A DNA stretch of 64,000 bases from the human T2T-CHM13v2.0 reference genome, Homo sapiens. The number at the start of each line of letters is the position of its first letter. Positions within the stretch are counted from its first letter, which is position 1. The stretch is taken from NCBI RefSeq assembly GCF_009914755.1, contig NC_060933.1; one strand, 5' to 3'. This document shows positions 45,601-58,085 of the stretch, piece after piece. The translations under genes and the position numbers were made by a program. The notes under the pieces are model-generated. The model saw only the letters and a list, made by a program, of their open reading frames with translations. It did not search any database and had not been told where the DNA came from.

Positions 45601-46224
45601 AAAGATATTTAGATTTAAATGAGACATTCCAATATTTTTGAAATCCCTAACAATGCTTCCTTGCTTTTAGGATTGAGAGAAATGATTTTCATATACTTCC
45701 AACATTCAGAGATTTAATGTTTTTACCTTAGCTCCAGCCTACGCTTGTAAAGTGAAGAGTGATTCTAAGTCCCGTGAAACCGTGGGCTGCCTGGGGCTTG
45801 GCTGTGCCCACTAACCTACTGCGCCTGGGGGGCAGCATGGGAGGGGTACAGTTTGCATCTCATTAGCATGCACACCACTGTTGGCAATGCATAAAAGTTG
45901 CATTGCCACAAGTATGTAAAATAAAAATATTCACTCTAAAAAGAATAATAATTCTACTTTTTTAAAAGAATAATGTCTCTTATAGTCACCATTGATTTTT
46001 CTGGAGTTTAATTACATTATTACCATGTATTCTTATTGGCCTGTAGAGGAAAAAGGCAAACCACAAATAAACCCAGTGACATATATAGTTTTAAAATCTA
46101 CAATTTTCTGATCTCTCTCTCCTTGTTTAATATATAAGCCCTAATTTCTGTGTATGTGAGTAAAACTGCAGCCTGAGTCATTTAGGAAGTAAGTATTGAG
46201 TTTTTTTAATCATAAATATACTAG

Positions 46225-46430
46225 AATAAAACAGCACTCCCTAACAATTAAAAAAGAGTTTTATATTACTTTAGAATGTAATAGGTTTTTGTCCTTATTT
46301 TATGTCCTGTAAATTATTAGTTCAATACTGTTAGCATTCCCGGATAATGCACACATGATTTCTGAATGTTTTCTGTAAATGACAATCAATGTTTATGAAG
46401 TTCCCTCCTTTAATGCTGAACAAAATTAAA
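46225..46430 (+). terminator. Distal polyadenylation signal cluster (AATAAA 46225, ATTAAA 46247 and 46425)
   Basis: Hexamers seen directly, with upstream TGTA motifs and T-rich downstream elements. Confidence 0.55.
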
Positions 46431-49409
46431 AGAAGAAAAAGAAAAAAGGACTGCCTAATGGTTTTCTTTCCTCCCCACCCCAACCCCCACTCTCATCCCT
46501 GGGAACAGGGAATGGGTAGAAAAGATAAGATTTAGCTTTGAAAACATTACCCCATGGGTTCTTACCTACAGAGTTTTCCTTTTTCTAGTAAGTAATGGTT
46601 AATTTTTTTTTTTTTTTCAGGAAATTCTTGTGTCCTCAGGGACCTGGCCTGAGTTAGAAATATTCATTGAGAAAAGACTGAGTCCATTCTAGCCAAATAG
46701 CTTACCAAGTTACAATTAAAATGAGAGCAGCATCTCTCAAAGATAATAGCTCTCTTTTTCTCAGCACTTTAATAAAAGGAAGCCCCAGCTAACAGAGCCA
46801 TAAGCAACTCCCCTGCAACCATTTTGTTGAAATAACGTGCAGCAGGTTTGAAATGGATATGACAATCCCTACATCTGATGAAAGCTTTCAGATAATTAAT
46901 GATTAAGTCTCTGTGTCTGATTTTTTTTGTTTTGTATCAAGCTGCTCCACTACCAAAATCAATGCCCACCAACATATGAATGCTCTGAATCTCATTTGGA
47001 GCTGGATTAGGAAGCAATTGAGGATAATCACAGACTCACAGTGATGTTGAAAAAGGTAGTTCCAAGAGAGGCCAGCAATTTTTCAGGTGCTTGGAAGTTG
47101 CTGCAGATTGGGGTCCCTAGAGCTGAAATGCTCCAAGAAGAGTAGTTTAAAGCAAGACTTAAGAGATTTTAAAAGTAAAAGCGCTGATGCAAATGACAGG
47201 ATGAGCTCTAGAAACCCTTCTGTAAAGTTTCTTCCAAACTTCGCTGGTCTTTGGAACCAGTGAAAACCCTTCCAGTATGTTTCAAGCCACATCTCTACTC
47301 AAGACATTCAGATCCCATGTGACTCTGCTCAGAGATTACAGAAACAGAGAACTGCACTGATGTTTCTGTGAGAGCACCATTTATGTCCCTTGGTTTATAA
47401 TAAGGTCTTCAAGTGTCTAGTCAGAGATGGCAAACATATTACCTCAGCCTATCCCAGGCTCATGTCAATTGTCGTCAATGACTGGTCATAGAACTCTTGG
47501 CTAAAAAGTCATCTAAAGTTTTTTTCAGAAACTTAGATCTATGCAGCATTGCAATACAAGATAAAACTTACCATTTTAAAATTCAGCTTGGACCATATAA
47601 CATGATAATTATTAACTTTTAATAGAGTTATCAGAAATTATAAATTAAGCCCTTTTTATGCACATAGCTTTGTTCTGTTCATAGATCCTCTTCTTTACTT
47701 AAGAGCAAGTCCTGGTGACATATTCCCACAATCACAGTAGGCCAATGTGCATGAGACATGTCAATTATCAAAGGCATAGCCCGGGTGTGGCCACTTATTC
47801 CAGGTGGCAGCAGCTCCTTGATCCATTTAGAGAAGAGGCAGAAGTGAAGCAAACCCTCTAATACCATCTTGGCAGTGAGGTGTCTCAGATTACAAAGCCA
47901 CCATGCTATAAGTTTTCTCTTATTGTTTTCTGAACTTGAACTTGCTAAGCTTAACTGGTTGAATAAATATTATTCCAAGATACTGTAAAATTCTTGACAG
48001 CCTTGTCTCAGAGACCTTTAAAGCACCCAAGATCGTGAGGTAGGTCATGGCATGGTGGCACTCAATAAATGTGTCAACTACATTTATTGGAGTCTGCTGT
48101 CCTTTTCTACTTCTAACTTCCCAACTATTTGCTGTCATTTCACTGATTTTGCCCTTGAGAAAATCATCCTCCAGCAGAGTCACCAGACATAGACATGCTT
48201 TTCACCATAAGCAATGAGAAGGAAAGTGATGGCCCATTGGCAATGGACATTGAAAGAATGGTCTTTCCCTTTCTCCAAAGATTTAGCCAAAAGCAACAAG
48301 AGAAGGAGCCTGAAAGTAGCTTATCGGAGGGTACTAGATATTAGACATATCTTCTCAGATTTTCACAGAAGACTCAGCTGGGCAGGAAACAAGAAACAGA
48401 GAGATCTGGGAGCCTAATTTGTAAAGCAAATTTGACATCAAAGCCTGGTGTTGGCATGCCCTTCTCCAACCTTCCAGTCTGGTTTGATCAAATCACAAAA
48501 TCTCAGTCAAAAAGTAGAGAATCTGGATAACTGATTACTTCTTGAGGTATATCCCTGCTCAGGTAAGAAATTTTAGAAAAGGTCCCACTTTTTAAGAGAT
48601 GGAAACCATTTTATCTGTGATCATATGTTCCTGTTACAGCAGTCAAAACAACAGATCAAATGTCATTTTAGATGTCTATCTAGTCACTAGATGCTTTGCA
48701 TGTGGCTAGAAGATGAAGGAAGCAAGAAAGAACATGCAAGATTACACAGTAGATTTACATAGGCTAGGCCTACCCACACTTCATCACCCGGAATTAATCC
48801 CATAGCACCAAAGCAGTGGAGGTGGCTGAGACACGTAACCTAGTTAGTTGTGTGCCCACAGAGAAAAGGAAACAGGGTTTAGGAAACAGTTAGAAGTCCT
48901 GACCCAAATATGAAAGAAATTCAGCAAAGTCTCTAATTTCATCTTCCATCAGATACTGCAACAAACATTTATTCAACAAGTATTTATTGATCCACTACAA
49001 TGCCAACAAAGTCACTGATAATACGATGGTGAAATATGACAGGTACAGACTCTGTCCTCATAGAATCTATGGTCTGGGTCCAAGAAAGGTGGATATACAG
49101 AGGAAAAATATATAATATAAATAATTATAAAGAGTGGACCTTATTACAGCTGCTATACCAGCTACACCAAAATTATAAGATGTCACTACAGATTGTCTGT
49201 TATTCTCTATTTAGCTCTACTCTTGAACTCATTATCACCCATCATAGCCCACTTGGGTTTTTTTTAATAATGTTAATTATTTAATTAGTTTCTTAATAGT
49301 GAAATAAAATCTTTCTTCTCATATCTTTTCCCCAAGTTATAGCTAGTTCTGCTCATTGAGACTAAGCAGAGCAAGTGCATGTCCAAACCTATCTCTGTCT
49401 TATTAACTG

Positions 49410-49585
49410 ACACACCGGGGCCTGTCGTGGGGTGGGGGGCTGGGGGAGGGATAGCATTAGGAGATATACCTAATGTAAATGAGGAGTTAATGGGTGCAGC
49501 ACACCAACATGGCACATGTATACGTATGTAACAAACCTGCACGTTGTGCACATGTATCATAGAATTTAAAGTATCATAAAAAAAA
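49410..49585 (+). mobile_element. L1PA 3' end fragment
   Basis: acacaccggggcctgtcgtgggg...ttaaagtatcataaaaaaaa, L1 3' UTR. Confidence 0.92.
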
Positions 49586-49834
49586 TCTTCAATAAAATTG
49601 ATACATATTTCAGTCCTTGCTCCCAGTCTAATTTTTTGCACAATAAAAATTCTCACTTATCCCTGCTATCCCTCACAATTTAATCTGTTCATAAAATCAA
49701 GTTCCGTTTCATTTGAAGAACATCATCAGAACAACCAGGAACACAGATTCTTCACATGGAGACCAATCAGGGATCTTGTCTATGTCATGGATGCCAGTCA
49801 TACACATTTAGAACATGGCTTTTGCAGGCACTTG

Positions 49835-50375
49835 TGTTACAATGTAGGTTTTATTATTATTCAGGTATTGTGAAGCCAAGAGATGAGGAGACAATTACCT
49901 TTGAGAAGATAGTTTGTTACTCACAGTTTCCAAGAGAAGGGGGCATGCCACACCACACAGGGCCACAAGGGGAAGCAACGGTGTAAGTGCCAGGAGGCAG
50001 AGGGAACAAGGGGGACATGTGGGTAAGACTCTTTTTGTGGTTGTGAAAAGGAACAGGTAAAGTAGACTAAGCAGGTTTAGGATTGACTAATTTGAATAAT
50101 TTCAGTTGACTCTGTGGTGTGGTGGCTGTCTCTAGTTGTCTAGTACCTGGCTCTAGGTGATTAGGCAAGGGGACTAATGTCATCCTGTGTGAGAGCTCAA
50201 TAAAGATGGTTGGGAGTATGGACTCTGGATTGGTGAATTTGTATTCAAAAAGTGGGCTCAGAGGCAAATAATTAACTGTCTCTAGGAACTGGGTAGCACT
50301 GGAAGGGGCAGTCTTTCCTGCATCAGTGAGCCCCCAGATGTCAAAGCAGCAGGATAAAAAGGCATGCTCAACACA
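49835..50375 (-). mobile_element. Solo ERVL-type LTR (MER74-like)
   Basis: TG...CA ends; resembles recalled MER74 consensus; no clear TSD. Confidence 0.65.
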
Positions 50376-52386
50376 GATTAATTTGTGCATGTTGACCCAT
50401 GATGGGAAAATACCTGATCCCAAACCTTATGTATGAAGAATAAAGGAATATCTGTCCATCAAGGAAGGGAATTTTTCTGAGAATTTCATCTGTATTTTTT
50501 CCCCCTTTATTTTCCCTCCTCTGACTCATACCTAAGCCTCTTTGTACTTCCTTTCCTCAAGCACTTTTACTGGGTAGAAAGCTGACTCCCAGGCTCTTTG
50601 CAAAGATTACTGTGTCTCACACAGGGCACCAAAGAGAAGGATTTTCAATCTGCAAGTTTTGGATCATGAAGGAATATGCAGTGATTAAGATGACTCTAGA
50701 ACACAGGCACTTAATCTCAATTTCTAGATGCCATAGAGGCCTCCTATGTGAAGAGGGTATTTGTTTATTAATTCATGCAGATTTCCCAGGGATCGAATGC
50801 CCCACTGTGTATTTAAACATGAACCAAAAGAATTTACAACACCTTCTTGCAGCCAGGTAAAAATATTTAACCAGGAGGATGAAGAAGGGAATTAAGAATT
50901 CCTTTACAGCTCCAAGTGGCAGCAGAAGAGACTCACCAAATGGCAGGACAAGTTCTACCCGAGCTGTGAGCCATACTGAGCTACCACCTGGTATCATCTA
51001 GACATTTAGACTGTTAACAACTTCCTCCTCTGTACTTTCCATCCTCACCACATGTTACAAGCCTAAAGTCCTGCAGTCTTCAAACATGCTTGGTTTTAAT
51101 GCCATTTGGATTTTCCCCCTTTGGAAAGATTAAACATTATTTTAAGGTGGGATGGGTTGGAAGTAGGCGAGTGGAGAGAGAAGAGTCAGGAAAGACTTTC
51201 CCAAAATAAACTCTCACGCCCCTCAGTCACCGGAAACTTTTTCTTCTCAAACCACACATCCACATCATTGGCTAGAGAATTCTTGTTCATTACACCTCAA
51301 AATTCCCTGCACACATAGTAGACAATCTAAAAACGTGACATACACAGAAACTTGATTTTTTTTTTGTCTTGTGCTTAAAGCCATTAAGCCCTAAAATGTT
51401 TCTAGTCTTGAAGAAAAAAGTCATAAAAATGTTTGCTATTAAAATAATCCCTTGGCACAGATCTTAATTCTACATCTTCCAACTAAAAGAAAATCTTCAC
51501 CTTTATTGATTTTTTTAATCAAACTACTTTTTTTCAGGATAACAGGGAGGGGGCTCTAAGTTTTCTCTATTTAAATTTACCTTTTGAAAATACCATTCCT
51601 CCCTGAAGTTAGGATTTTAAATTCTAAAAGTAATTTTAATCTAAACTTGTGGAGACCTCAATTCTCAGATGGTTTAATGACCATCTGAGAGTATTTTGGG
51701 GAAAATACTAATTTATTCCTTAGTAAAATTTAAATCTCTTTTTTACATAGATTCAAGGTAGCAGTTAAATTGCTCTTTCTAATTCACATTCCAGAAAAAA
51801 GAATTCCAGATGTTTATAGTTTCATCCAGCTTCCACTTTGTACCTTGCTCACACATTGCCCCCAACCCTGGCAAGAACAAATGACTGCCCGATTGCTCTC
51901 AATAAACTGCACAGGAAAATACTCTTCAAAAACAGACTTTTCAAAGAAAGAGCCCAGACATTTGATCAATGCAACCAGTAAGTTTTTTTCACATTAGTTT
52001 TCCACATAGATTGTATCAGCTATTTTTCTGCTTGTCCCCAAAGATTAGGAATAACAATTTTTCAAAGGCAATGTACATTACACTTGATCACAATGCCTTG
52101 CCTTGTAGCAAAAAGAATTTGAGAGGTAAAGCAGAAAACAGATCTCATGTCTCAGGTCCCAGAATCATGTCTATTTCCTTCATGCATTCAACAAATGTTG
52201 AGTGCTTACTCTGTGCTAAGTACTATACCAGATTCTAAGGATGAAAGGATGGTTGACATGGTTCCCATCTTTAAGTTTTTCACAATGTAGCAAAGCAAGC
52301 AGACCAGCAAAAAAAAAAAAAAAAAATGCCATGACACATTTAGAAAGAGGTATTTGAAGAGAGAATTCTGGGAACTGCAAAGAAGT

Positions 52387-52590
52387 ACCAGTCTGGTCAA
52401 CATGGCAAAACCCCATCTCTACTAAAAATACAAAAATTAGCCAGGCGTGGTGGTGCACATCTGTAATCCCAGCTGCTCAGGAGGCTGAGCCACAAGAATC
52501 ACTTGAACCCAGGAGGCAGAGGTTGCAGTGAGCTGAGATCATGCCACTACACTCCAGCCTCGGCGACAGAGCAAGACTTCGAAAAAAAAA
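52387..52590 (+). mobile_element. 5'-truncated Alu
   Basis: Starts accagtctggtcaacatgg and runs to an A-tail. Confidence 0.93.
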
Positions 52591-52653
52591 GAGAGAGAGA
52601 GAAGAAGAAGAAAAGAAGAAGAAGAGGAAGAGGAAGAAGAAGAAGAAGAAGAG

Positions 52654-52691
<38 letters not shown>

Positions 52692-52708
52692 AGAGGAAGA
52701 AGAAGAAG
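52591..52708. repeat. (GA)n + interrupted (GAA)n/(GAG) repeat grown from the Alu tail
   Basis: Direct read. Confidence 0.95.
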
Positions 52709-52844
52709 TGAAGCAGTGAGTAAAACTATAGGGGAGAATGACAAAACAGAGAAAAGGTGCCATTTGAACTGAGCCCTGAAGGATACCAAGATGTTTGTCA
52801 CAACATATAGTGAAAGAAGCACGTTGAGACAGAGAGAAAGGTCT

Positions 52845-53115
52845 AGAATGTAGAATAACTGGCAGCTGCATTCTAAATATTGCCCCCGGACATGTTTTGT
52901 TAGGCTTATACCTAATTAGAAAATTTTGTATCAAATCAAAATTTCTAGATTATTTTGTAAAAACCAGAAGATACAGCAACATGGTTCCCACATTCCCACA
53001 TGCAAAAATTGATGAGAGCCCAGTCAAGGCTGTTCCCTTTAGACAGGACACATTTCCTCTGGTTTTGTTCTTGTGAGAATTTGCTACCTGCCTGGCTCCA
53101 TAGGCGGTTGAGTAC
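52845..53115. mobile_element. MER102-like hAT relic
   Basis: aaaaccagaagatacagcaacatggttcccacattcccacatg...ctgttccctttagacagg similarity from memory. Confidence 0.5.
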
Positions 53116-56100
53116 ATGGTGAGCAGTGATGGAGGGAGAATGGAGGAGGAAGGTCGGAAGTAGGCTGGTTACAGAGGCTCAGTATACCTACCTAGGAAGC
53201 TTATTTTTAGCCCAGTGTTTCTACCACTATGCCCTCACCAAACTGGTCATCCACAAGCTAGATAAATCATTGATTGTTCTCCCTTATAATTTTTTTTTAA
53301 AACATTGGGACTGGATGCCACTCATCTATATTGGTAAACCAGGAAAAAATATCTGTTACTTAAAATCACAACTACCTGCTCAGAAAGACAATTTCCATTA
53401 AACATAAAATGCTCCATTCTGTTGAGACTGTATGGCTTTGTACTTACAAGTTTTAGAGAATAATTCAGTTTCCAAGGCTCTTCAAGAGAGAAGAAGTGCA
53501 TAAAGAAACCAGGGAAGGAGACACCAAGAAAAGACTCAATGAGATCATGCAACTTGGGCACTGATGAACCAACAGGTCAATGAGAAACTCTTGGTGGCAG
53601 AAAGGCCCAGAGGATTTTAAGAACAGGGATGGCTAATGTATGGTTTTTAAGTTGTTTGCTGCTCATTGAACAATGTCATTCCCATGCACTTTCAATTTTT
53701 TTGTAAAAACCCCAAAATGATTTCTGTGATGCTGAGGATTTAAATACCCAGAAATCTTGAGAAGAGGTTTAGCTGTCCATGGGCAAGGAACTGTGTGTTG
53801 AAGCTAGAGCTCATAAAATAAGAAAGCCTTGGCTAATATTAAGTTTATGCTAGAATTTAACCACCAATGAAATAAATTTGAAAACCAAAATATTTATTAA
53901 ATTATTTTATGCCTAATAGTAATATTTGATAATGAGGTATTATTTTCCTGTAAGGAGCATGTGACTCCCAGGAGCTCTGACACCTGAACACATCTGATGA
54001 CCACAAAGCAGAAGAAGACATTCTGATGTTCTTTACTTGGGAAATGGCTCATGGAACTCAACCTAGGAGAAACCACAGGGAATATTTTCTAAGTCTCCAC
54101 TTACCTTGTGGAAAGATATTTCCCTTGTAGGCAAAGACCCTGGCAAAGTCTATGCCAGCTTGCCTGATTGCCCTTTGTTAATGAATGCAGTTCTACCTGC
54201 TTTGGAATTGAATTGCAAAGTCTCACCAGCTGGTGAAACAGCTTTAGCCTATAATTCACCTTCTGGCTCCTGGTCCTTGTGCCTGATGGATACAAATCCC
54301 CAAGCTTCCCATTTCATTCCGAATATAAATCCCTATAGTAAACCTTGGGTCTCACAGTAAATCATCAACTCATAATCCTGCCTTCAGCTGGAATGAAATG
54401 TGTTCTTCAAATTTCCCAGCCTGGAGACTCTTGCCAAGTCAACAAAGGCCTGCCAGGTGGTTGGAGCTCAAGCATGCATCTGCTCAGCTTCGTGTTTGAC
54501 CAAAATGACCACTGGGAAGCATGTATTTCACAGATGTGTTGTCAGCATCAACAGTAAAAACAAGCCCCAAAATCTGCCTTTAAAAAAAGGCTTTCTGTTG
54601 TAATTCATCTGTAAGTAAATAATTCCTACATACCTAACGCATCCCTGGGCACAGGATCACATATTCCTTTTTAAAAGGACATAGATCATTGAAAAAGGAA
54701 ATATGCTGTTAAGCTGGCCAAGTTAGGTATCAAATTGAATTAACATATACTGATTGAGCACTTACTATAATAACAATGAATAACCACTGCAGAGTTCTTT
54801 ATATCTTATGACATCTTTCACATATATTTTTATCTGAACACCACAACAGCCCATTATGAGAAAAACAAGTATTACAGAAGATTAGTATTTGTAAACAGTA
54901 CTTCCAAAATTCAGCTATGAAGTACAATTTCCCACCATAAAAAGAAGTACAAATGAGAAATATAAAGAAGACCTTCAGATCTTTCTATTACTAGAAATTT
55001 AAGATTAAGATCATTTATAAAGTTATTAAAATAAATTCTACCATTAAATAAATGATACATCACATTGCATTATTATTGTAGTAATATTACCCTCTTTATT
55101 GTCTGCATATGCTGAAAAGAAAGAAAAATGATTCCTAAAAGCTATAAACTAAACTTCCCACATAACAAATTTAGGTTGAAATAAATGTTATGTAAGAATT
55201 GATTAAAGAAGAAGAGCCTACAGTTTTATTAATAGCCTCCAAAAAGACATACTTAATAAAAAAAAACTCTGACTAATATATGAATAGAAGGAAACCATGT
55301 ATACCTGATAAAAAGAATTATATAATTGGAATAAGTATCAGAATAAAAGAAAAAATCATCTTTGTGTTATAAGCAATATTATTGTGTATCTACAAAACAC
55401 AAAAAGACTATTTTCCAACAATCTATTCAAAGTAAAAAGATAATTTTTTTAGATAGTGGCATTGATGATACATATGCAAAAATCTACATTTTAAAGTACT
55501 ATATCAGCAAGAAATGAAATGAAGAAAACTCACTGACTACAGTAATAAATACTGTAACATACAAAATCTCATATGATCACACTTACAAACTTATTGTAAG
55601 GCAGTAAAAAAAATTAAAATACATGGAGAAGCATACTACATTCCTGGAAAAAAGAGAAACAATAGCATAATGAACAGGAAAACATACAATAAAATGACAC
55701 AAAATAAATTTATACACACTAATTTGTAACAGATGTGTTAATTTCCCTTTATAGAGTTTTATAGTAATGCAAAGAATGAAAAAAAATTAAACAGAAAGAA
55801 TATATAGAATCACAAATCAGGTTGTTTTTTTTTAAATCTAAATATGTAATATTTTAAAAGAGAACCTCAAGGGAGAAGGCAGAGCAAGACAGTCTAAGAG
55901 AGCCCTCCAGTGATTGCCTCCCTGCAGGAACACCAAATTGAACAACTCTTCATGCAAAAAGCACTTTCATAGGTCCCAAAAAATAAGGTGAGCAATCACA
56001 GTACCTAATTTGAATATAGTATCACGGAAAGAGTCATTGAAGAGGATAGGAAGAACAACCTTGAATTTCCTGCTCCACCCATCTCCCAACCCCAGACAGG

Positions 56101-57077
56101 GCAGCACAGAGAGAAAATCCATGTGCTTGGGGGAAGGAGAGTGAAGTGAGTGTGGAACTTTACATTGAAACTTAGTGTTTCCCTATCACAGAAGAATACA
56201 GCACAGGGAAGAGTTCTGCAGGTGCTCACTGGGGAAGCATTTTAGCCTGAAGGATAATTCCCTGCCCTGGGGAGGAACTCAGTCCTAGCTGGCTTCACCA
56301 CTAGCTACAGACCAGTATCTCTGGTGAACATAGATGCAGAAATCCTCAACAATATACTATCAAAACAAATTCAACAACATATTGAGAAGATCATTCATCA
56401 TGATCAAGTAGAATTCATGCCAGGGATGCAAGGATGGTTCAACATATGCAAATCAAGAATTGTAATACATCATATCAAAGGAATGAACAACACAAAAACC
56501 ATATGATCATTACAAAAGATGCCAAAAAGGCATTCAGTAAAATTCAACTTCACTTCATGATAAAAACCCTTAAAAAACTGGGTATAGAAGGAACATACCT
56601 CAACTTGATAAAAGCTATATATGACAAGCCCACATCTGGTATCATACTGAATGGGAAAAACTGAAAGTCTTTCCTCTAAGATTTGGAACAAGACAAGGAT
56701 GCCCAATTTCACCACTGTTATTGAACACAGTACAGTGTGCAGGCAGAGCAATTAGAACAAGAGAAAGAAATAAAGGACATCCACACTGGAAAAGCGAAAG
56801 TCAAATTATCCTTGATTGAAGATTATATGATCTATATTTTGGAAAAAAAACTAAAGACTCCACAAAAACCCATTAAAACTGATAAATTCAGTAAAGTTTC
56901 AGGATACAAAATCAACATACAAAAAATCAGTAACATTTCTATATGCCAACAGTGAACAATCTGAAAAATAAACCAAGAAACTAATTCCACTAACAATAGC
57001 TACAAATAAAATAAAATACCTAAGAATTAACCAAAGCTATAAAAGATCTCTACAATGAAAACTATAAAATCCTGAAA

Positions 57078-57654
57078 GTATCTTTTTCATATCATGATTT
57101 CTTTTCCTCTGGGTAGATACCTAATAGGGGATTGCTGAATCAAATGGTAGTTCTACTTTTAGTTCTTTAAGGAATCACCACACTGTTTTCCATAGTGGCT
57201 GTACTAGTTTACATTCCCACCAACAGTGTAAAAGTGTTCCCTTTTCACTGCATCCATGCCAACATCTATTATTTTTTGATTTTTTTATTATGGCCATTCT
57301 TGCAGAAGTGAGGTGGTAGCACATTGTGGTTTTAATTTGCATTTCCCTGATAATTAGTAATGATGTTGAGCATTTTTCCATATACAGCGTTTGACCATCT
57401 GTATATCTTGAGATGGAGTCTCTCTCTGTCACCCAGGCTGGAGTGCAGTGGTGTGATCTAGGCTCACGGGCTCAAGCAATTCTTGTGCCTCAGCCTCCTG
57501 AGTAGGTGGGATTACAGGTGTGCACCACCACACTATGAAAAACAGACATGAAAAAGATACCTGCACATGCATGTTTATAGCAGCACAATTTGCAGTTGCA
57601 AAAATACGGAACCAGCTCCAATCCTGTCAATCAACAAGTGGATAAGGAAAATGT

Positions 57655-57708
<54 letters not shown>

Positions 57709-58085
57709 ATATATACACACAATGGAATACTACTTAGGAATAAAAAGGAACAAAATAATGGCTTTTGCAGCAACCTGGATAGAATTGGAGACTATTATTC
57801 TGAGTGAAGTAACTCAGGAATGGAAAACTAAACATCATATGTTATCACTCATATGTGGGAGTTAAGCTATGAGTATGCAAAGCCGTAAGAATGATACACT
57901 GGACTTTGGGGACTTGAAGGAAAGGGTGGGGGTGGCAAGTGATAAAAGACTACACATTCAGTACAGTGTACACTGCTCAGGTGATGAATGCACCAAAATC
58001 TCAGAAATCACCACTGAAGAACTTATTCATGTAACCAAACACCACCTGTTCCCCAAAACCCTATTGAAATAAAAAAATTTAAAAA
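57078..58085 (+). mobile_element. L1PB-like 3' insertion with 5' inversion (57078-57407 minus), Alu fragment (57408-57533 minus) and sense 3' end (57548-58085)
   Basis: Inverted part begins with the reverse complement of the first 13 nt of the sense part; L1PB-type 3' UTR; AATAAA at 58068. Confidence 0.85.
57658..57703. repeat. (TA)n microsatellite inside L1PB
   Basis: Direct read. Confidence 0.95.

Larger units (their letters stand above)
38888..46450 (+). other. RORB: RORB 3' UTR (short form ending ~40470, long form ending ~46450)
   Basis: AU-rich, nearly repeat-free stretch after the stop codon with several poly(A) hexamers; the end points are inferred. Confidence 0.7.

Noticed and set aside
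52503-52934. Arg-rich (protamine-like), poly-Ser and poly-Leu ORFs
   Set aside because: Artefacts of reading the GAA/GAG repeat in different frames, starting inside an Alu.
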